Source: an uncultured bacterium (GTDB taxonomy: Bacteria; Pseudomonadota; Gammaproteobacteria; Burkholderiales; SG8-39). Taken from it: DNA of 30,117 bases. Made by a program: the position numbers and the translations under genes. This document shows positions 1 to 9,018 of the stretch, in pieces. The notes under the pieces are model-generated. The model saw only the letters and a program-made list of their open reading frames with translations. It did no database searches and had not been told where the DNA came from. The first letter of the stretch is position 1. Every line of letters begins with the position of its first letter. The stretch covers positions 1 to 30,117 of the forward strand of contig CAWUMP010000001.1 in the NCBI GenBank assembly GCA_963923385.1, written 5' to 3'.

Positions 1-69
1 TAGCGTTTTGGTTGGCGAGGGCTGGTCCAAACCCCCAATTTACCGGGTCGCTTGCAACAACCCCTTCGC

Positions 70-123
70 TGACTTGCCCCGATGACTTACCCTTTTTTGA
101 CTTGCCCGTTTTCTGATTCACCC
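70..123 (+). repeat. Four imperfect 10-bp direct repeats upstream of pstS (TGAYTYRCCC), possible regulatory array
   Basis: TGACTTGCCC 70-79, TGACTTACCC 83-92, TGACTTGCCC 98-107, TGATTCACCC 114-123; start-to-start spacing 13, 15, 16 bp. The repeats are seen directly; function is inferred. Confidence 0.6.
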
Positions 124-155
124 TACTTTGGGTGCTACTTCGAGGTCACCACAAG

Positions 156-1184
156 ATGATGCAGAACACCATTCGCTGTTTGATCGCCGCCTTAGGTTTA
201 TCGCTAGCCCTAACGAACGGCGCACGCGCTGCCGATATCACCGGCGCTGGCGCCACCTTCCCGTTTCCCATCTACGCCAAGTGGGCTGAGGAATACAAAA
301 AGGTGTCCGGCAATGGTTTGAATTATCAGTCGATTGGTTCCTCGGGTGGTATCCGTCAAATCCGCGCCAAAACTGTGACCTTTGGTGCAACCGATGCCCC
401 GCTCACCGCAGACGAATTACAAAAAGATGGTTTAGTGCAATTTCCAGCCATCTTGGGCGGGGTGGTGCCAGTGATCAATCTTGAGGGCTTTACCCCAGGT
501 GAGTTACGGATCAATGGCGAAGTTTTGGCTGAGATTTTTATGGGCACCATCACGCAATGGAACGATAAAAAACTCGAGGCACTGAATCCCGGTAAAAAAC
601 TCCCCAACATGGCCATCACCGTCGCGCATCGCGCCGATGGTTCGGGCACCACGTTTATTTTTACCGACTACTTAAATGAAGTAAGTCCCGCTTGGGCTAA
701 GGCTGTTGGTAAAGGTGCTGCGGTGAAGTGGCCAGCCGCTTCATCGGTGGGTGGCAAAGGCAATGAAGGCGTTGCTGCTAACGTAATGCGCGTCAAAGGC
801 GCCATCGGATATGTGGAATACGCATACGCCAAGAAAAACAAAATGGGCTATCTCACCATGCAAAATCGCGACGGCAAATTTGTCGCACCCGATGACCTCA
901 CCTTTGCTGCCGCTGCAGCCGGCGCAGATTGGAAGAGCGTCCCTGGCATGGGGCTGTCGCTCGTGAACTTAAAAGGTGCCAATGCATGGCCCATCACCGG
1001 CGCATCGTTTATTTTGTTATTTGCGCAACCAGCCAATGTGGCTGATTCAAACGAAGCCCTAAAGTTCTTCGATTGGTCGTTTAAGAACGGCAAAAAAATG
1101 GCCGAAGACTTAGACTACGTTGCGCTGCCAGATGCGGTCACCAAATACATTCGTGAATCGGTGTGGACGCAAATCAAACGCTAA
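156..1184 (+). CDS. pstS: Phosphate ABC transporter substrate-binding protein PstS
   Basis: Signal peptide, then ITGAGATFPFPIYAKW, YQSIGSSGGI, FGATDAPL, HRADGSGTT, GGKGNEGV, WPITGASF. Start moved from GTG 132 to ATG 156 (159 also possible), after GAGG at 142-145. Confidence 0.97.
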   Translation: MMQNTIRCLIAALGLSLALTNGARAADITGAGATFPFPIYAKWAEEYKKVSGNGLNYQSIGSSGGIRQIRAKTVTFGATDAPLTADELQKDGLVQFPAILGGVVPVINLEGFTPGELRINGEVLAEIFMGTITQWNDKKLEALNPGKKLPNMAITVAHRADGSGTTFIFTDYLNEVSPAWAKAVGKGAAVKWPAASSVGGKGNEGVAANVMRVKGAIGYVEYAYAKKNKMGYLTMQNRDGKFVAPDDLTFAAAAAGADWKSVPGMGLSLVNLKGANAWPITGASFILLFAQPANVADSNEALKFFDWSFKNGKKMAEDLDYVALPDAVTKYIRESVWTQIKR

Positions 1185-1192
1185 CGCAGCGT

Positions 1193-1223
1193 TGCGCACA
1201 ACGCCTTGAGTTCGTTGTGCGCA
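1193..1223 (+). other. Intercistronic stem-loop between pstS and pstC
   Basis: Perfect 11-bp inverted repeat TGCGCACAACG (1193-1203) / CGTTGTGCGCA (1213-1223) with a 9-nt loop and no clean U-tract directly after it. Confidence 0.7.
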
Positions 1224-1268
1224 TTTGCGCTTTGTTACATCACCAACGCACCCTGAGATTACCCTTCG

Positions 1269-2279
1269 ATGTCTGCACTTCCTGAATTCAGCACGTCGTC
1301 ATTCGCCGCATCGGCCCAGCTTGCCGATGCCGGGCGATTGCGCAAAGCGCGCATACAAAACGTGCAGGATTTTTTATTTCATAAAATCACCCTGCTGTTT
1401 GCGCTCAGCGTCCTGATCACCTTGATCGGCATCCTCGCTTCGCTGGTCATCAACGCTTGGCCAACCCTACATCGTTTTGGTCCTGCGTTTTTTTACACCG
1501 TTGAGTGGGACATTATCCGCGGCGAATTTGGCGCAGCCATCGCCATCTTTGGCACGCTCGCGAGCGCGAGTATTGCACTGGCTATTGCTGTACCCTTGAG
1601 TTTTGGTGTTGCGCTTTTTTTAACTGAAACCTGTCCAGTGTGGTTACGCAGACCACTCGGCACTGCGGTCGAATTGCTCGCTGCGGTGCCTTCGATTATT
1701 TACGGCATGTTTGGTTTGTTTATTTTTGCCCCGTTGTTTGCTGAGTACGGTCAGCCAGCGCTGCAATCCACCCTAGGACAAATGCCCTTGATTGCGCCTT
1801 TTTTTGGTGGAGCGATGAACGGCATCGGCATTCTTGCTGCGGGTTTAATTTTATCGATCATGATCTTGCCCTTCATCGCCTCGGTGATGCGCGACGTGTT
1901 TGAAATTGTTCCACCCATCTTGCGTGAGTCGGCCTATGGCTTAGGTTGCACCACCTGGGAAGTGATGCACAACATCGTGCTGCCTTTTACTAAAACTGGC
2001 GTGATCGGCGGCATCATGCTTGGCCTTGGACGCGCCTTGGGTGAAACGATGGCAGTTACGTTTGTGATTGGTAATTCACAACGCATCGGCATGTCATTGT
2101 TTTCTCCGGGTAGCTCAATTGCATCAACGCTGGCCAATGAATTTGGTGAAGCCGATGGCTTACATCTGTCGAGTTTATTTGCGCTCGGCTTAGTGCTGTT
2201 CTTTATCACCTTCGTTGTGCTCGCTGCTGCCAAGTTATTACTTGCACGCATGGAACGCAGTCAAGGAAGCAAAACCTAA
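1269..2279 (+). CDS. pstC: Phosphate ABC transporter permease PstC
   Basis: Multi-TM protein with ELLAAVPSIIYG, EAA-type loop RESAYGLGCT, GLGRALGETMAV, IASTLANEFGEA; follows pstS. Confidence 0.96.
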   Translation: MSALPEFSTSSFAASAQLADAGRLRKARIQNVQDFLFHKITLLFALSVLITLIGILASLVINAWPTLHRFGPAFFYTVEWDIIRGEFGAAIAIFGTLASASIALAIAVPLSFGVALFLTETCPVWLRRPLGTAVELLAAVPSIIYGMFGLFIFAPLFAEYGQPALQSTLGQMPLIAPFFGGAMNGIGILAAGLILSIMILPFIASVMRDVFEIVPPILRESAYGLGCTTWEVMHNIVLPFTKTGVIGGIMLGLGRALGETMAVTFVIGNSQRIGMSLFSPGSSIASTLANEFGEADGLHLSSLFALGLVLFFITFVVLAAAKLLLARMERSQGSKT

Positions 2280-2293
2280 CCGCGACCACATCC

Positions 2294-3142
2294 ATGGACC
2301 TTGCACGCTACCAACGCCGACGTCGTATCAATCAAGTTGGACTGACGCTCTCCATGCTGGCCATGGTGCTGGGTCTGTCTGTTTTACTCTGGATACTCGC
2401 ATTGCTATTTTACAAAGGGCTCTCAGCATTGAGTTGGGATTTCTTTTTTGCATCCACACCGGCGCCAGGCTCGGACGGTGGTGGCTTAGCCAACGCGATT
2501 GTTGGGAGCGTGATGTTGGTGGGTAGCTGCACGCTGATCAGCACACCGATTGGCGTACTGGCTGGCGTGTATCTGGCTGAGTACGGTGATCGCAGTCCAA
2601 TTGCTGGCGTGACCCGATTTGTTTCGGACATCATGTTGTCGGCGCCCTCGATCGTGATCGGCTTATTTGTGTATGCCATCGTGGTTGCACAGGTCAAACA
2701 TTTTTCGGGATGGGCAGGCACACTCGCCCTATCGTTAATTGCCATTCCCGTGGTGGTTCGCACCACTGAAAATATTTTGCGTCTTGTCCCTGGCAGTTTG
2801 CGCGAAGCCGCCTTTGCGCTGGGTGCACCGCGTTGGAAAGTCGCCATCATGGTGACATTGCGTGCCGCCAAGTCAGGCATCATGACCGGTGTGTTGCTTG
2901 CTTTAGCGCGTGTCAGCGGCGAAACCGCACCGCTACTCTTCACTGCCCTTAGTAATCAATTTTTCTCGCTCGACATGAATCGCCCGCTGGCCAATTTACC
3001 AGTGGTGATTTTTCAATTCGCGATGAGCCCTTATGAAAACTGGATCAAGCTGGCTTGGGGTGGTGCGCTATTGATCACCATGGTGGTGTTACTCATCAAC
3101 ATCATCACCCGATTATTTTTCCGCGAAAAAGTTTCTGCATAA
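2294..3142 (+). CDS. pstA: Phosphate ABC transporter permease PstA
   Basis: GGGLANAIVGS, APSIVIGLF, LREAAFALGA, LARVSGETAPLLFT; operon position. Confidence 0.96.
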   Translation: MDLARYQRRRRINQVGLTLSMLAMVLGLSVLLWILALLFYKGLSALSWDFFFASTPAPGSDGGGLANAIVGSVMLVGSCTLISTPIGVLAGVYLAEYGDRSPIAGVTRFVSDIMLSAPSIVIGLFVYAIVVAQVKHFSGWAGTLALSLIAIPVVVRTTENILRLVPGSLREAAFALGAPRWKVAIMVTLRAAKSGIMTGVLLALARVSGETAPLLFTALSNQFFSLDMNRPLANLPVVIFQFAMSPYENWIKLAWGGALLITMVVLLINIITRLFFREKVSA

Positions 3143-3173
3143 CACCGCACAGTAGTGCACCAAGGATAAGCGC

Positions 3174-4019
3174 ATGAACACCACAATCGAAGCCCAAAGC
3201 GCCGCACCAAAAACGACGCGCTTTTCAACCGAGCCGCCGGTGGCTGCTGCAGCGACCGCGCCGCTTCCGCTCGCCATTCAAACTGTCGGCTTAAATTTTT
3301 TTTATGGCACCTTCCAGGGCCTAAAAAATATCAATCTCGATATCGCCGAAAACAAAGTCACCGCATTTATTGGGCCCTCGGGCTGCGGCAAGTCCACGCT
3401 TTTGCGCACCATGAACCGCATGTACAGCCTCTATCCGGGACAACGCGCCGAAGGACAAATTAATTTCTACGGACAAAATATTTTGGATCCCAAACAGGAT
3501 CTAAATTTATTGCGCGCTCGCATTGGTATGGTGTTTCAAAAACCCACGCCATTTCCAATGTCCATTTACGACAACATTGCTTTTGGTATCAAGCTCTACG
3601 AAAACTTATCTCGCTCTGCGCTCACCGAACGCGTCGAATGGGCTTTACGTAAAGCAGCAATCTGGGATGAAGTCAAAGATAAGCTTGGGCAAAGCGGTTT
3701 ATCGTTATCTGGTGGGCAGCAACAACGCTTGTGTATCGCACGTAGTATTGCAGTGCGTCCGGCGGTGTTGTTGTTAGACGAGCCTACCTCAGCCTTAGAT
3801 CCCATTTCTACCGCCAAAGTTGAAGAGCTCATGCATGAGCTTAAAAGTGAGTACACCGTCGCGATCGTGACGCACAACATGCAACAAGCAGCGCGTGTTT
3901 CGGATTTCACCGCTTACATGTACTTAGGCGAGATGATCGAATTTGGTAAGACCGATGAGATTTTCATCAAGCCAAAAAAGAAAGCCACTGAAGACTACAT
4001 CACCGGCCGTTTTGGTTGA
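3174..4019 (+). CDS. pstB: Phosphate ABC transporter ATPase PstB
   Basis: Walker [26 protein letters not shown], signature LSGGQQQR, Walker [14 protein letters not shown]-terminal [10 protein letters not shown]. Confidence 0.98.
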   Translation: MNTTIEAQSAAPKTTRFSTEPPVAAAATAPLPLAIQTVGLNFFYGTFQGLKNINLDIAENKVTAFIGPSGCGKSTLLRTMNRMYSLYPGQRAEGQINFYGQNILDPKQDLNLLRARIGMVFQKPTPFPMSIYDNIAFGIKLYENLSRSALTERVEWALRKAAIWDEVKDKLGQSGLSLSGGQQQRLCIARSIAVRPAVLLLDEPTSALDPISTAKVEELMHELKSEYTVAIVTHNMQQAARVSDFTAYMYLGEMIEFGKTDEIFIKPKKKATEDYITGRFG

Positions 4020-4057
4020 GACGTGCATTTCACCCCTAGGCGGGTGACAATTGGGGC

Positions 4058-5275
4058 ATGCAGCCTGCCCCCGCAAACACACGGTTGATCGTTGCGCTAG
4101 GCACCACGCAAACTTTAGCGTGGGCCTCGAGCTATTACCTGCCTGCCATGTTGGCCGCACCGGTATCGCGCGCGCTAGGTATCGAGAATGCATTTTTCTT
4201 TGCCGCATTTTCTGGCGCGCTGATTGTGGCGGCACTCATTGGCCCACTGGTCGGCCGCGCAGTCGATCGCGCTGGTGGTCGCAACATGTTGTGCGCTTCA
4301 AACGTGGTGCTTGCGGTTGGGTTGAGCTTACTGGCCATGACACAACACGTGCCAATGTTGATCTTTGCGTGGGTCGTGCTTGGTATTGGGATGGGCATGG
4401 GGTTGTACGACACCGCATTTGCCACATTGACGCGCATCTATGGCACAGCAGCGCGCGGTCCGATCACGGGCATTACCTTGATTGCGGGTTTTGCCAGCAC
4501 CATCGGCTGGCCCATCACCGCCAGCATCGACGCTACTTTGGGTTGGCGTAGTGCGTGCATCACTTGGGCGGTGATTCATCTGTTGGTGTGCTTACCCATC
4601 AACGCATGGTTACTACCTCGTACCAAAAAATTATCGAGCGCCGCGACATCGTCACCATCGATCACCGCCGCCCATGACGCGACCACCGTCGCTCTATCTT
4701 CATCCATCGACACACAGCGCCCGCGTCAACCTTGGCCATTGATGATGTTACTTGCCGCGATATTTGCAGCCACTTGGTTTGTGACGGGCGCCATGGCCAC
4801 GCATTTGCCAAGCCTGTTACTACAAGCCGGTGCCAGCACCGCGCAAGCGATTGCGTTTGCAGCGTTGGTTGGTCCGGCCCAAGTGGCCGCACGGATTGTT
4901 GAGTTCACGCTACTCAAACACATTCATCCGGTGGTGTCGGCACGTATTGCCACCGCACTACATCCGTTGGGTTATGCCGCGCTGTGTTTTCTCGGTCCGG
5001 CGGGCTTGGCCGCGTTTGCGGTATTGCACGGCGCAGGTAACGGTCTACTCACGATTGCGAAAGGCACTTTGCCGCTTGCACTACTTGGCGCAACAGACTA
5101 CGGGTATCGGCAAGGCTTGATTGGACTGCCTGCACGCTTTACGCAAGCCCTCGCCCCTGTGTTGTTTGGCTTTTTAGTGACCCGCTTTGGTGCAGACGCA
5201 CTCGCCATTTCATCCGCACTCACGCTGATGGCGTTTATCACGCTGTGGTTTGTTGGGCGACGCGCTGCGGTGTGA
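4058..5275 (+). CDS. MFS transporter with ArsK-family-like motifs, substrate unknown
   Basis: 405 aa hydrophobic protein with MFS motif A-like GRAVDRAGGR, TLIAGFASTIGWP and VCLPINAW, and an S/T/A-rich central linker. The MFS call is solid; the ArsK resemblance is from recalled motifs only. Confidence 0.85.
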   Translation: MQPAPANTRLIVALGTTQTLAWASSYYLPAMLAAPVSRALGIENAFFFAAFSGALIVAALIGPLVGRAVDRAGGRNMLCASNVVLAVGLSLLAMTQHVPMLIFAWVVLGIGMGMGLYDTAFATLTRIYGTAARGPITGITLIAGFASTIGWPITASIDATLGWRSACITWAVIHLLVCLPINAWLLPRTKKLSSAATSSPSITAAHDATTVALSSSIDTQRPRQPWPLMMLLAAIFAATWFVTGAMATHLPSLLLQAGASTAQAIAFAALVGPAQVAARIVEFTLLKHIHPVVSARIATALHPLGYAALCFLGPAGLAAFAVLHGAGNGLLTIAKGTLPLALLGATDYGYRQGLIGLPARFTQALAPVLFGFLVTRFGADALAISSALTLMAFITLWFVGRRAAV

Positions 5276-5317
5276 TAAGTTCTGTCCGAGCCCTATTTTT
5301 GTACCGGAGACCCCACC

Positions 5318-6382
5318 ATGAAGCGCACTGCTATTACGCTCGCCTTACTGAGCGCTGCCGTTGTTGTTCAAGCCCAAACCCTCCCCGCAGGTCCCAAAGT
5401 GACGGTGAGTGCGGTGACTCAAGTCGCGCCAACCGTGCCGCAGTACACCCGCATCGATATTCCGATGCTGCGCGAAGACGTCCCCAAGCGTAGCGGTGGC
5501 CGCGTTGAAGTCAATTTAAAAAGCTGGCCCGAGATGAGCGTGCAAGGTCCGGAGGTGATTCGTTTGGTGCGCTCAGGTCAAGTTGATTTAGGCGCAGCGC
5601 CGCTCACCACCGTGTCAGGTGATGTGCCATTTTTAGATGGCATTGATTTAGCTGGGCTCGCGCCTGAGCTCGACACCGCGCGCAAAATCGCCAACGTGTT
5701 GGTGCCGATTGCCAATAAAGATCTTGAACGCATCGGCGTGAAACTTGTGGCAACGTATCCGTTTCCTGCGCAAGTGTTCTTCTGCAAAAAGCCCATCGCG
5801 AGCTTGGCTGATTTAAAAGGCATGAAGGTGCGCACCAATGGTCCATCAGCCTCAGACTTAGTGAGCTTTTTAGGTGGTCAACCTGCAGCGATTGCATTTG
5901 GTGAGGTGTACACCGCACTCGAGCGCGGTACGGTCGATTGCGCAATTACCGGTACCGGGAGCGGCAACGGCGTGAAGTGGTACGAAGTGACTAGCCACCT
6001 GTACACCTTATCCACCGCTTGGTCGACTTCTGGCTACTTTGTGAACCTGGCGTGGTGGAATAAGCTCGACCCACAAGTGCGTGCCTTCATGGAAAAAACC
6101 ATGAGCGGCATTGAAGACGCGCAATGGAAACTCGGTGCCGAAGTCACACAAGATGGTATCGATTGCAATATCGGCAACGCTGCTGGTTGCAAGCTTTACA
6201 CGCTAGTCAAAAATAAACCCATGGTGCAAGTCAAGGCCACCGAGGCCGATCGCGCGAAATTGCGTGAGGCGCTCACCGCTACCGTGTTACCGGGTTGGGT
6301 GAAACGCTGCGGCGCGCGTTGCGGCGAAATCTATAACCAAGCCATCGCGCCAATTTCTGGTGTGAAATACGTCGCGCAGTAA
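5318..6382 (+). CDS. dctP: TRAP transporter substrate-binding protein (DctP family)
   Basis: Signal peptide MKRTAITLALLSAAVVVQA, ADLKGMKVRT, FGEVYTALERGTVDC; adjacent small and large TRAP subunits; GGAG RBS. Confidence 0.93.
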   Translation: MKRTAITLALLSAAVVVQAQTLPAGPKVTVSAVTQVAPTVPQYTRIDIPMLREDVPKRSGGRVEVNLKSWPEMSVQGPEVIRLVRSGQVDLGAAPLTTVSGDVPFLDGIDLAGLAPELDTARKIANVLVPIANKDLERIGVKLVATYPFPAQVFFCKKPIASLADLKGMKVRTNGPSASDLVSFLGGQPAAIAFGEVYTALERGTVDCAITGTGSGNGVKWYEVTSHLYTLSTAWSTSGYFVNLAWWNKLDPQVRAFMEKTMSGIEDAQWKLGAEVTQDGIDCNIGNAAGCKLYTLVKNKPMVQVKATEADRAKLREALTATVLPGWVKRCGARCGEIYNQAIAPISGVKYVAQ

Positions 6383-6383
6383 T

Positions 6384-6402
6384 TTTTAAACGATCGTTGT
6401 TT
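6384..6402 (+). repeat. Copy 1 of an approximately 20-bp motif with palindromic core AACGATCGTT
   Basis: TTTTAAACGATCGTTGTTT in the dctP-dctQ gap; a near-identical inverted copy lies at 12727-12746. Confidence 0.4.
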
Positions 6403-6403
6403 C

Positions 6404-7045
6404 ATGAATTCGTGTGTCGTGCTCAGTGTGCTCCGCGCCATCAACCGTCGCGTGGACGCACTGGCACGTGGCATGAGTCGCTGCGCCGGATGGATGTTCG
6501 TGTTGTGTGCCGCTTACATCACGCTCGATGTAATCGCGCGACGTTTTTTGGGTTTTTCTTCGCAAGCCACCACAGAGTTATCCGGATACATGCTCGGCGT
6601 GGGCATCGCTTGGGGATTAGCCGGGGCCCTGGAAGCACGCACGCATGTGCGTATTGATATTTTGATTCAACGCATCGCGCCCAAATGGCGACGCTATTTA
6701 CATGCGCTCGCCTTAGCGAGTTTGATGGTATTTGCCGCGTTCTTGGTTTATGGCGCGTGGCACACCACCGAAGAATCATGGGATTTTCGTGCCACCGACA
6801 ATAGCTTATTAAAAACACCGCTGGTGATTCCGCAAGGCTTGTGGCTCATCGGTATCGGCGTGTTTGGGTTGATGACGTTATTGCGATTACTTGAAGTGTT
6901 ATTGCTGCTACCCAGCGCCGACATTGGTGAAATCGAGCAACTCACCGGTCCGCGCAGTTATCTTGAAGAAGCCGACGAAGCACTTGAAGCCATCGGTGCC
7001 GCACAAAAGTTGATGGCTGCTGAATCGCAGGAAAAGCGCGCATGA
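6404..7045 (+). CDS. dctQ: TRAP transporter small permease (DctQ)
   Basis: About four TM segments, LDVIARRF, ELSGYML, HVRIDIL; position between dctP and dctM. Exact start uncertain. Confidence 0.9.
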   Translation: MNSCVVLSVLRAINRRVDALARGMSRCAGWMFVLCAAYITLDVIARRFLGFSSQATTELSGYMLGVGIAWGLAGALEARTHVRIDILIQRIAPKWRRYLHALALASLMVFAAFLVYGAWHTTEESWDFRATDNSLLKTPLVIPQGLWLIGIGVFGLMTLLRLLEVLLLLPSADIGEIEQLTGPRSYLEEADEALEAIGAAQKLMAAESQEKRA

Positions 7046-8415
7046 TTGCCGTTGTTTTTCTGTTGATCCTCCTTGCGGTCTCGTTCGGTGCGGTGTTATT
7101 TGGCGGCGGTTCGATCAGTCAATTACCGATCGGTCCGTTGTTACTATTAATTGGTTTGTTCTGCGTATTTTTTGGTGCAGGCATTTACATTGCTGCTGCA
7201 CTCGGTGTGTTGGGCATCATCGCCGGATTTGCATTTTCCGATCGACCTTTTTGGGATTTCATCGGACAAATGGTGTGGGGCCCCACCACCAACTTTGTGC
7301 TCGTTGCCGTACCACTGTTTTTGCTGATGGGCGAAATCATGTTGCGCGCGGGCCTGTCTGACAAACTGTATCGCGGCTTAAACCTCTGGTTTCAACGCGT
7401 ACCGGGTGGCTTACTCCACACCAACATTGTTTCATGCAGTGTGTTTTCTGCGATCTCAGGATCGAGTGTGGCAACCGCCGCCACCATGGGCGCCGTCGCA
7501 TTGCCCTATTTTCGTCAAACCGCCTATGCTCCATCGATGGTGTTGGGATCACTTGCAGCGGGTGGTGCGCTTGGCAATTTAATCCCACCAGGTATCACCT
7601 TCATTGTCTACGGCCTGATCACTGAAACGTCCGTTGGCAAACTGTATTTAGCTGCGGTGGGTCCCAGTATTTTGGTGGTACTGCTGTTCACTGCGCTGAT
7701 CTTTGTACATGGCTTGCGTCATCCCTTGCCACAACCGGCTGCGATTCCACTGAAGCAAAAATTACTTGGCCTGATTGATCTCATCCCGACGCTCATTTTA
7801 ATTTTAGTGGTGCTCGGCACCATCTACACTGGTTTAGCCACGCCCACCGAATCCGCTGCACTGGGTGTGATTGCCGCCATTGTGTTTGCGCTACTATCTG
7901 GCCGCTTTAGCTGGAAGATGCTCAACGAATCCGCAGAATCTACCGCGCGCACCACCGCGTTTATTGGCTTAATTTTATGTGGCGCGTACATTTTGAATTA
8001 CATCTTTGGTAGCTTGGGTGTGCCACAAGCCCTCGCAAAGTTTGTGGCCGGACTGCCTGTACCGCCGTGGGTGATCATGGCGCTGATCATTGGTTTTTAT
8101 CTTGCTTTAGGTACGTTCATGGAAGGCTTTTCGATGATCGTGACCACGATTCCCGTCATCTTTCCGGTCGTTAAAGCCCTTGGCTATGACCCGATTTGGT
8201 TTGGTGTGATCGTCACCATGTTGGTTGAAATTGCGCTGATCAGTCCACCCGATGGCACGGTGCTATATGTGCTGCAAGGCATGCGTGGCACACCCGGGCC
8301 AATCACCGATGTGTTTCGTGGTGTGGTGCCCTTTATGGTCGCATATGTATTTGCAGTCGCTATCTTGATGTTGGTGCCTGAACTGGCCTTGTGGCTACCA
8401 CGCGTGATGCAATAA
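7042..8415 (+). CDS. dctM: TRAP transporter large permease (DctM)
   Basis: LVAVPLFLLMGE, FSAISGSSVATAA, AGGALGNLIPP, GLATPTESAALG, ISPPDG; ATGA overlap with dctQ. Confidence 0.94.
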   Translation: MIAVVFLLILLAVSFGAVLFGGGSISQLPIGPLLLLIGLFCVFFGAGIYIAAALGVLGIIAGFAFSDRPFWDFIGQMVWGPTTNFVLVAVPLFLLMGEIMLRAGLSDKLYRGLNLWFQRVPGGLLHTNIVSCSVFSAISGSSVATAATMGAVALPYFRQTAYAPSMVLGSLAAGGALGNLIPPGITFIVYGLITETSVGKLYLAAVGPSILVVLLFTALIFVHGLRHPLPQPAAIPLKQKLLGLIDLIPTLILILVVLGTIYTGLATPTESAALGVIAAIVFALLSGRFSWKMLNESAESTARTTAFIGLILCGAYILNYIFGSLGVPQALAKFVAGLPVPPWVIMALIIGFYLALGTFMEGFSMIVTTIPVIFPVVKALGYDPIWFGVIVTMLVEIALISPPDGTVLYVLQGMRGTPGPITDVFRGVVPFMVAYVFAVAILMLVPELALWLPRVMQ

Positions 8416-9018
8416 ATGACCATGCAAACCAACCTGCCACGCTTTCGGCGTTACATCCAGGACATGACGCAACTGGTCAGCCAACACGGTGACGATGAAC
8501 CCACCGTACTCGCGCGCGGCGAAGTGCTGCTCAAAGCGCTGATCGATCACGATGACTGGTTACCCGTTGCCTTTACGGTGCCCTCAACGGAGGGCTATCG
8601 GCAATATTTGTTGTATTGCGATCCGCTCGAGCGTTTTTCGGTGGTGAGCTTTGTGTGGGGCCCCGGGCAGAACACACCAATTCATGATCATCAGGTATGG
8701 GGCTTGATTGGCGTACTGCGCGGTGCAGAACAATGCGATGAGTACACGCAAAGCAACAGCACGCTCACCGCGTGTGGATCGCATCGCATCAACCCCGGTG
8801 AAATCGACAAAGTGTCGCCCACTCTTGGTGATATCCACGTGGTGTCGAATGCGTATACCGATCGCGCGTCGATCAGTATTCATGTGTATGGTGGCAACAT
8901 CGGTGCAGTGCGGCGACATGTATTTGATCCGGTCACTGGCGCGCCGCGCACCTTTATTTCTGGCTACCACAACAGCGTCATGCCCAATTTATGGGATCGC
9001 TCTAAAGAAACCCCGTGA
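8416..9018 (+). CDS. Thiol dioxygenase of the cysteine dioxygenase family, Gln-type (3-mercaptopropionate dioxygenase-like)
   Basis: Cupin motifs WGPGQNTPIHDH (H-x-H), third His in GDIHVVSN, SIHVYG; YRQYLL has Gln where cysteine-specific CDOs have Arg (Y-x-R). ATG directly follows the dctM TAA. Confidence 0.88.
   Translation: MTMQTNLPRFRRYIQDMTQLVSQHGDDEPTVLARGEVLLKALIDHDDWLPVAFTVPSTEGYRQYLLYCDPLERFSVVSFVWGPGQNTPIHDHQVWGLIGVLRGAEQCDEYTQSNSTLTACGSHRINPGEIDKVSPTLGDIHVVSNAYTDRASISIHVYGGNIGAVRRHVFDPVTGAPRTFISGYHNSVMPNLWDRSKETP

Noticed and set aside
2410-2943. 177-aa minus-strand ORF, and similar alternate-frame ORFs at 4051-4551, 9208-9729 and 23238-23753
   Set aside because: Nested within or opposite confidently assigned genes; protein sequences unrecognisable.
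4043-4049. GTGACAA as a reverse Pho-box half-site after pstB
   Set aside because: Single half-site with no 11-bp partner; it is part of a small hairpin.
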